From Octopus sinensis (lineage: Eukaryota), in NCBI RefSeq assembly GCF_006345805.1, contig NC_043023.1, positions 11,718,001 through 11,782,000 of the forward strand: DNA of 64,000 nucleotides, read 5' to 3'. Made by a program: the position numbers and the translations under genes. The notes below the pieces were generated by a model. The model was given only the letters and a program-made list of their open reading frames with translations, was not told the origin of the DNA and made no database searches. Position 1 is the stretch's first letter, and every line of letters begins with the position of its first letter. Positions 53,246-64,000 of the stretch are shown one piece after another.

Positions 53246-56126
53246 ACTGCTCCTCGGTACTACTTAAGAAGAGTGGTCTCGGTGCGCGCACTCGCGTATT
53301 CGTGTATCCGCGCTTGCTAGTCGTGACTAGTCGATCCTTTGTGTTTTATTTACTTTGTTAAAAAAATTATTTACTCTGTTCATGTGGACGATCCTTCGGT
53401 ATAAGTACACACGTGGCTTTGTTTATATTTCTGAAGATAACAGAAACCCTTTTCTCCCACCCCTAACACAAACCCTAACCGTAACCTTAACCCTAAACCC
53501 CCATATATATATATAAAAAACACTTTCTCGAAATGTATCCGGTACTTATACAGAAGTTATTATTTACTTTGTGTAAAAAAATTATTAATTTTGTGATTTA
53601 TTTACTCTGCTAGGTAGTCGTAGGATCGACTAGTCACGACTAGCTAGCTACGATGCGTGAGTGCGCACACCGGGACCACTCTTCTTAAGTAGTACTAGGG
53701 ATTACGGGGAAACAATCGGCGCAATAATTCCCCTCCCCTCATTTCCTTGCATGCAATACTTCGCTATGTGCCCAGGTTGGCCACATCGTTAATACACCAC
53801 CATTTGCTTTGGATCTGTGCGTTCCCTAAGCATGTACGGAAGGCGACATCTAAAGTATTTGTCCCTGAACCGTGCCCCTCTTAGACTCCCGGGCTTACTT
53901 TCCATGCGGGTGACCCATCTGTGTACGTAACCTTCAGAATCTCTTCAAGTTTTTTTACTTTCTCTTGGTCCTCTTTGTCCACTGCCTTCTGAGTGCAGCA
54001 GCACAAGGCTACCCACACCTTCTGTACACTGCAGCTTCGTCTGAATATGTAACCGTGCGATCTTCAGCGACAGTTCTTATGGAATAAAATATGGTGACTG
54101 AATAGAGGAATCAGGTTTGTGGTCGCAGGGAAAAGCATGATGAAACGAATCAAGCTGGGGATACGTTGAGAGTTATATTTCTTGGCATTACTTAGGGCGG
54201 CGAGCTGGCAGAGACGTTAGCACGCCAGGCGAAGTACTTCGCCCGTTGCTACGTTCTGAGTTCGAATTCCGCCGAGGTCGACTTTGCCTTTCATCCTTTC
54301 GGGGTCGATAAATTAAGTACCAGTTACGCACTGGGGTCGATGTAATCGACTTAATCCGTTTGTCTGTCCTCGTTTGTCCCCTCTATGTTTAGCCCCTTGT
54401 GGGTAATAAAGAAACATATATTTCTTGGTATGCATGTGATTGCTGGGTTTCAAAAAAAAAAGCTTAGCTGGACAGCTGTCTTAGAGAAGTTCCTTGATGC
54501 AATCCCATGGTCATTCATGGCCATTGTCATTTAGATATATATATATACACACACACACAGAAACATATGATTTTTTTCTTGGTGTATTATGGGTGAATTA
54601 GCCTATGTACATAGGTCCATAAATATGTAGAATCTTACCTGAACATCTACTTTGGAAAAGTTTCTCCATGCAATCCCATGGACATTCATGACGAAAGGGT
54701 GCCTTTACCCATTGTCCTTTATATAAATATATATACCTATATATACATACATATACACAAATATATATACATACATATACATATATATATATACATACAC
54801 ATACATAAACATACACATATATATATATAGAAATATATATACATACATATATACAAATCATCATCATCATCATTATCGTTTAACGTCCGTTTTCCGCACT
54901 CGCACGGGTTGGACGGTTCAACCGGGGTCTGGGAAGCCAGGGACTGCACCAGGATCCAGTCTGATCTGGCAGAGTTTCTACAGCTGGATGCCCTTCCTAA
55001 CGCCAACCACTCCGCGAGTGTAGTGGGTGCTTTTTACGTGCCACCTGCACAGGTCCCAGGGGGGTCCGGCATCAGCCACAATCGGTTGGAGCTTTTAACG
55101 TGCCACCGGCACAGAAGCCAATCGAGGCAGCGCTGGCAACGGCCACGTTCGGATGGTGCTTTTTATGTGCCACCGGCACAGGTATCACAACTACTATTTC
55201 CATTGATATTTATTTCGATGTTCATGTTCATGTACTTGACTCAACAGGTCTCCTCAAGCACAGCGGGACGTTCTGGAATCCAGGGTACTTTGAATGGCTA
55301 TGCGGAACTGGTGCAGGAAGCAGCCCGGGTATTTGCAGTCACAGCATATCTCCAGAGATCTCGGTCCTTCGCCATTGCCTCAGTGAGGCCCAACGCTCTG
55401 AGGTCATGCTTGACTACCTCATCCCATGTTTTCCTGGGCCTACCTCTCCCCTGATACCTTCAACTGTTTGGGAGTGGCACTTCTTCACACATCTCTCCTC
55501 ATCCATCCGCAGTACATGACCATACCATCGCAAGCGTCGCTCTTGCACACCACATCTGATGCTTCTTCTGTCCAGCATTTCTCTCAGGGTGCTTACACTC
55601 TGTCGTGCGTGCACACTGACATATATATATATACACACATATATACAAATATATACAAATATATATATATATATATATACATATATACACACACATACAT
55701 ACAATATAATTCACACTCTTTTTGTTTCTCTTTACTCTTGCCTGCACAGTCTAAGGTCACGATGTTTGCTGGGAGGCGATTTATGCTAGAGTAACACAGA
55801 CCACACAACTCCCCCACCACAAACATCATAAATATCTTCATTCTTTGGTTCCATGGTAATTGTCACATTATCTATTTTATAGTTTTTCCTATTTTCCGTT
55901 GTCGCTGGTGAAGATCGTCTGGTGGGCAAATAAATTTTCACCCATCAGACTAATTTTAGTACCAGTGGAACCGTTTGTACTGACTGGCCATGAGATGTGT
56001 CGAAGAGTTTTCTTTGTCATCTAATAAATTTTTTATATATATATATAAGTATATGAAAGAATGGAGTTGAACGACTAGTTAACAAATATCCTTTATTCTC
56101 GACATAAGATAATTCATTCAATTACT

Positions 56127-56166
<40 letters not shown>

Positions 56167-56748
56167 GATAGAGATAATGGTGTCATTGAGACCCAAATGT
56201 TTTAGGTAAGGCTGAATAAGTGCTATAGACAGACCATAGTTAAGTTCCAGATTCAGTAATATTGCAAATAAAGGGTTCAACGTTGGTTCTATCTCAGCGT
56301 GTGTATATAAGAATTTTTTGCGTAATAACATAAAAAACCAAAGCTGTATAGATATTAGAGCATTTATAGATAGGTCTTACAGCTGTTTCTAGGATATCAA
56401 TTAATTTTTCCTCTCACACCGTCTACGATGAAGGGATATTATTAATTAATATCCTAGAAACAGCTGTAAGACCTATCTATAAATACTCTAATATCTATAC
56501 AGACTTGGTTTTTTATCTTATTACGCAAAAAATTCTTTATATATTCTATATATGTTTCTTTATTGCCCACAGGGGGCTAAACACAGAGAGGACAAATAAG
56601 GACAAATGGATTAAGTCAATTACATCAACCCCAATGCGTAAACAATCAAGAAGGATAATTATTAGGGGCCGTTAGGCGAAGACAAATTGAAATGGGCAAA
56701 ACCTGGGAGAAATTTTGAAAGGATATATATATATGTATGTATATGCAT

Positions 56749-56783
<35 letters not shown>

Positions 56784-57314
56784 AAGCACACAGCATAATC
56801 TTTAAACTGGTTAGAATTAGGACAATACACCTAAAGAAACCCAAACAAATCAGAGTGGAACCTAGTGCAGCATTATGGTTTGCCAGCTCATGTCACACTG
56901 TGCCGCCCATGCCAGTAAAAACAAAAATTTCACTAAAGGATGATGATGATAACAGCGACAATGATGAAAACACATAGACAAAATCAACTTCAGTGTAACC
57001 TTTTATTCATTATTCCCATTTCTTTATTCTCTCAAAACAAATTGCTCAAAAATCAAGAGCAATCATCTTCAGAAATCAAAGGCATTGTTGATATACTTCC
57101 ATATATATACATGACATTCATGAATTTGATGTTGACATTATTGAAATTGAAGTCAATAACATCATATTTGAAGAGATAAAAATAGCCCAGTGTTTCAACA
57201 GGAAAAAACAGCCATAATTGTTATAATAAAGATTAATACTGAATGGTTGCACTTTTGTGTGAATACTCACATGTACTTAAATGGCGTTTTTGAGAGAATG
57301 ATTTACCCTAGATA

Positions 57315-59644
<2,330 letters not shown>

Positions 59645-61667
59645 ATATATCACAATAATATTGCTTTTTTCCTTTCTATGAATATGTTTGTGTTCATTTG
59701 CATCACTTTTTTAGAGAATAATTCAATGCTATGTTTCTTTCATCTGTGATCTTACTTAATACCTAAATCAACAGGTGAAAACTGTCAACTCTTTTGTAAA
59801 GTTATCCAAACTTGTAAAGCAATCACCTCCTCTACATTCCAGACAGTGAAGACAAGAAAAATATTCTGCTGTTGTTTGTCATAGATTATATTTATATAGA
59901 AACGTTGATGTATAGATGAAGGCTCCTTATAAATATATCGTCTTCATTAGTTGATGAAAGTTGATAAAAATATCAGAGGCACATCTGAATGAAGTAATTC
60001 CTTTTATGTCAACATGATGTGATATTCTGAAATAAAAAAAGAAACAGTAAGATAAAGAGGATAGTTAAGTGACATAGTAATTCAAGATTGTAAATATTAC
60101 AACATGAACACTGTCAGCCATTTAATGTCAAAGTTTACAGGGGTCAGAGTTCATTGAGGCGTTGAAACATTGGTATACCCACACAAGTTTACTACACACT
60201 TCACCTTTACCTTTCGGAAAAATGTTTGATTTAAGACTTCATGTTGCTGACCGGAATTCCCTTCTCTGGACCAGCTCGCTAGCTAGCCAGCAGTGAAGGT
60301 CCCTGTCTTCATGTTGTCTATGATGAGCCCATGGTCAGTGTCCTACACATCATTAGGTTCTTTTCGCTTTGACCGGCAGATTTTTAAAATAAATTCTATG
60401 TAACTAAACAATTTTAAACTTCCTATACTGGTAGAATGTGTTTATAAAGCATCTTTTTCTCTTGGCTTTCTTGAGAAAATTCTGTAGTTTGTAACATATT
60501 TGTTGTTTAATTTCTTGCATTTCGGCAATTACAACCAATCAAAGACGTCTATTGAGGCGAAAACGATTTCTGCCGTGACATTTACTGGCGGCGTCATATG
60601 AAAATGTCCCTGTTTTTTTATGAGAAAAAAGATACCCTTCGGTTATAAACTAAGGGTTCACTCGTAAACAGAGCTGGATAACAAAAGCGTTCCCTCTTTA
60701 GTGTTCACTAATAATTATGACCCTAGTATCGATCTATTGCATTTCAATCTGTTTTAGCGTTAGGGTTAGGGGCAAAGGTATCTTTTTTTCTTCAGAAATC
60801 TAAATAAACCCAATCTGTTTCTTAAACGAATATATATGTAACAGGGACGTTTTCGTATAACGCCGCCAGAAATCGTTTTCACCTCAATAAACGTCATTGA
60901 GTGGTTGAAATTGCCGAAATGCAAAATATTAAACAACATATATGTTACAAACTACAGAATTTTCTCAAGAAAGCCAAGAGAAAAATATGTTTTTTAAGCA
61001 CATTCTACCAGTATACGAAGTTTTAAATTTTATAGTTACATAGAAATTATTTTAAAAATCTGCCAGTCAAAGTGAAAAGATCGCATCATTACTCTCAAAC
61101 TTCAAATCACATCAAGGTCGCCTTTCATCATTTCCAGGTAGAAAAATAAGAAGCAATCAAGTACTAGGGTCCATGTAATTCACTTATGCCTTCCCGCCAA
61201 TTTTCAGGTCAAAAGCACAAATGATTATTGTCTTAATAATCAAAAGATTACTATTATCATCATCATTTTTATTTTCTTCACACGGAATGGAATGAAATAC
61301 AAAGCCAACCTCGGCGGAAAGTCCTGAGTTCAAATACGGATGAGATCGACTTTGTCTTTCATCTCTTCCGGGAAAAAACCGGGACCCATGCAATCGACTT
61401 GTCGCTCGCATTAAACATTGCTCACCCTGGGCCAGTTTTCAAATCATCATCATCATTACTATTATTAATATAACATTAGAGTAAATCTTTATCAACTTAC
61501 CGTTTTATCAATGCCTCATAAACAACAGGATAACATATATTAATGTGGAATTCTTCAATCGGACTCCTCACATTCTACTAATTAATTACGCTGTTTTATT
61601 CTCACTTTACCAATTAATTTCAGTTCTATCGCATGTAACAGTCGGTCATAGTATTTTATAAACAACA

Positions 61668-62658
61668 AATCAACATTTCAGCTTCAAAGTTATTAATTAA
61701 GTCAAAGAAATATATTTTCCTAATTATTGTCAGGTTCCCGCTTCGAAAAATTATTACTGTAACATCGAGAGGTTCACATAATTCTATTATTTACATTATT
61801 ATTAGTAGTATTATCAACACTATTACAGCCTTAAAGTAAATCTTTATCAACTTACCGTATTCACAAATAAGCAACGAGTTAGTGAAGCAGTAATTAAGCA
61901 CCTTAGTTAATAATTTTTAAAAACCGAGGTGAGGTGTTGTAAATGTTATTTTCCTTGATATGATTGTATTCATTTAGTTCTCCAATAGATGGCTCTAGTG
62001 ACTTGTTGGATTCATTCCAGCGTTTTTCTTTGTCCCTTTCAATTTTTTTTCAAATTTTCACCTCAATAGACGTCATTGATTGGTTGAAATTAAGAAATTT
62101 TAGAGTAAATATCTTACAAACCATAGAATTTTCTCAAAAAAGCCAAGAGAAAAAGATGTTTTATAAACACATTCTTTCAGTATACGAAGTTTAAAATTTT
62201 TTCGTTACCTAGTAATTATTTAAAAATTCTGCCGTTCAAATCGAAAATATCCCAAATTTCCTCCAAATTATATGAATCTAAACATTTTTTATTCCTTTTT
62301 ATATGATTGTATTTAAATTCTCCAGTAGAGCCATCTATTGGAGCATAGCAGAAATACAATCGTGTAAAGGGAAATAACCACACAACACCTCAACCTCGCT
62401 TCTTTTAAATTCTTAATTAAGGTCCTTAATTACTGATTCACTGACTCGTTGCTTATTTGTGAATACGGTAAGTTGACAAAGATTTACTTTAAGGCTGTAA
62501 AGGTGATACTACTACTACTACTAATAATAATGTAAATGATAGAATTCTGTGAACTTCTCGATGTTACAGTAATTATTTTTCGAAGCGGGAACCTGACAAT
62601 AATTAGGAAAATATATTTGCTCGTCTTAATTAATAACTTCCAAACTGAAATGTTGATT
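61668..62658. repeat. Diverged inverted duplication (arms 61668-61997 and 62326-62658) around a MITE arm
   Basis: Right arm is the reverse complement of the left (ORFs IEFCE.LDVTVIIFRSGNLTIIRKIY on opposite strands); spacer matches 42800-43005. Confidence 0.85.
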
Positions 62659-62756
62659 ACATACTTTTTTTGTTACCAAATTGTTTTTCGGGGACTGTGG
62701 GATATAGTAGAATTTCGGGTAAGTTTTTATACTTTCACCTTTCAATAAGGAAAAAC

Positions 62757-62977
62757 AACGGTTGTCAAGCAATGGTGGTGGGGAGGGACAAACAGACACA
62801 CAAACACACACACATACATATATATATATATACGACAGGCTTCTTTCAGTTTCCTGAAGGCATTGGTCGGCCCGGGGCTATAGTAGAAGACACTTACCCA
62901 AGGTGCCATGCAGTGGGACTGAACCCGGAAACATGTGGTTGGTAAACAAGATGCTTACCACACAGCCACTCCTGCGC
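62757..62977 (-). mobile_element. SINE family A, 5' part
   Basis: Reverse-complement head as at 47-165. Confidence 0.8.
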
Positions 62978-63229
62978 CTATTTATTTATATTTTCCTCAA
63001 TTTTCTTTGCTTTCAATTATGTTTTTTCTCTCTCGTTTAATGAATTATGGTAACCACCTAATGTGCCACGAAACACTTTTTTTGGGGTGGGGTCGAGAAC
63101 CCACGGAAATTTCACCCTCCAACCATTTTCATATATTTTTTACTGTTTGTTTCATTACAAATATTTTTAGATACCATTTTGCAGAAATACGTTTTCGAGA
63201 GAGTGTGGATTGCATTAGCAAGGAGCACT

Positions 63230-64000
63230 TCGTCAGTTGCGACGACGAGGATCAACGGAACAGCTTGCTCATGAAATTAACTTGCAAGTGGCTGAGTACT
63301 CCACAGACAAGCATACCTTAACGTGGTTCTAAGGGCCTACTCTGGCTCCCTATTGGTTACACCCATGAGAGTCCCAGCTGATATGATCAACGGAACAGCT
63401 TGCTTATGAAATTAACTTGCAAGTGGCTGAGTACTCCACAGACAAGCATACCTTAACGTGGTTCTAAGGGCCTACTCTGGCTCCCTATTGGTTACACCCA
63501 TGAGGGTCCCAGCTGATACGATCAACAGAACAGCTTGCTCATGAAATTAATGTCCAAGTGGCTGAGTACTCCACAGACACGTGTACCCCTAACGTAGTTC
63601 TCAGGGAGATTCAGTGTGACAAGGCTGGCCCTTCGAAATACAGATACAAGAGAAACAAAAAGAAAGATTGAGAGAAAATTGTAGTGAAAGTGTACAGGAG
63701 GGTTCACCACCACCCCCTGCCGGAGCCTCATGCGGCTTTAGGGGTTTTCGCTCAATAAACACACACAATGCCAGGTCTGGGAATCGAAACCGTGATCCTA
63801 CAACCACGAGTCTGCTGCCCTAATTACTGGGCCATTGCATCTTCACAAGATGAGAACTCCATCAGTTACAATGATGAGGGTTCCAGCTTGTTCATGAAAT
63901 TAACGTGCAACTGGCTGAGTATTCCACAGACACGTGTACCCTTAACGTAGTTCTCAGGGTGATTCAGCGTGATACAGAGTGCGACAAGGCTGGCCCTTTG
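63230..64000 (+). repeat. Dispersed repeat family with a 135-bp tandem amplification (63250, 63385, 63520) and another copy from ~63855
   Basis: gatcaac(g/a)gaacagcttgctcatgaaattaa...gagtactccacagac recurs at 135-bp spacing. Confidence 0.8.
63690..63838 (-). mobile_element. tRNA-derived SINE, third family, head
   Basis: Minus strand TGGCCCAGTAATTAGGGCAGCAGACTCGTGGTTGTAGGATCACGGTTTCGATTCCC (A- and B-box-like). Confidence 0.6.

Noticed and set aside
63375-63420. CTGATA(T/C)GA...GAAA in the 135-bp repeat as a hammerhead
   Set aside because: Core spacing is wrong (CUGAUAUGA/CUGAUACGA) and no stem II or III can be formed

Overview
AT-rich, repeat-dense eukaryotic DNA with no prokaryotic features. 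The [15 protein letters not shown]-type fingers and the SINE/RTE repeat families look like octopus (coleoid cephalopod) sequence; this taxon call is recognition, not a database result. The window is a C2H2 zinc-finger (ZNF) gene cluster. It holds one decayed + strand gene (ZNF-A, ~1-3 kb) and two older - strand paralogs (ZNF-B ~24.4-26.0 kb with a premature stop; ZNF-C 32.5-34.3 kb, intact, 612 aa). It also holds a young ~9-kb tandem triplication (38.8-62.0 kb) carrying ZNF-D1/D2/D3. Their flanks are nearly identical but their finger arrays are reshuffled (24/28/26 fingers), and all share an in-frame UAG at a linker Tyr. Intergenic DNA contains a 3-kb 5'-truncated RTE LINE, many tRNA-derived SINEs (one with a ZNF fragment replacing its middle), non-autonomous Helitrons, a Helitron helicase fragment in the ZNF-B/C 3' UTRs, piggyBac- and Merlin-like MITEs, Penelope-like remnants with hammerhead-ribozyme motifs, and microsatellites. 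Repeat boundaries are read by eye and approximate unless TSDs or termini are quoted.
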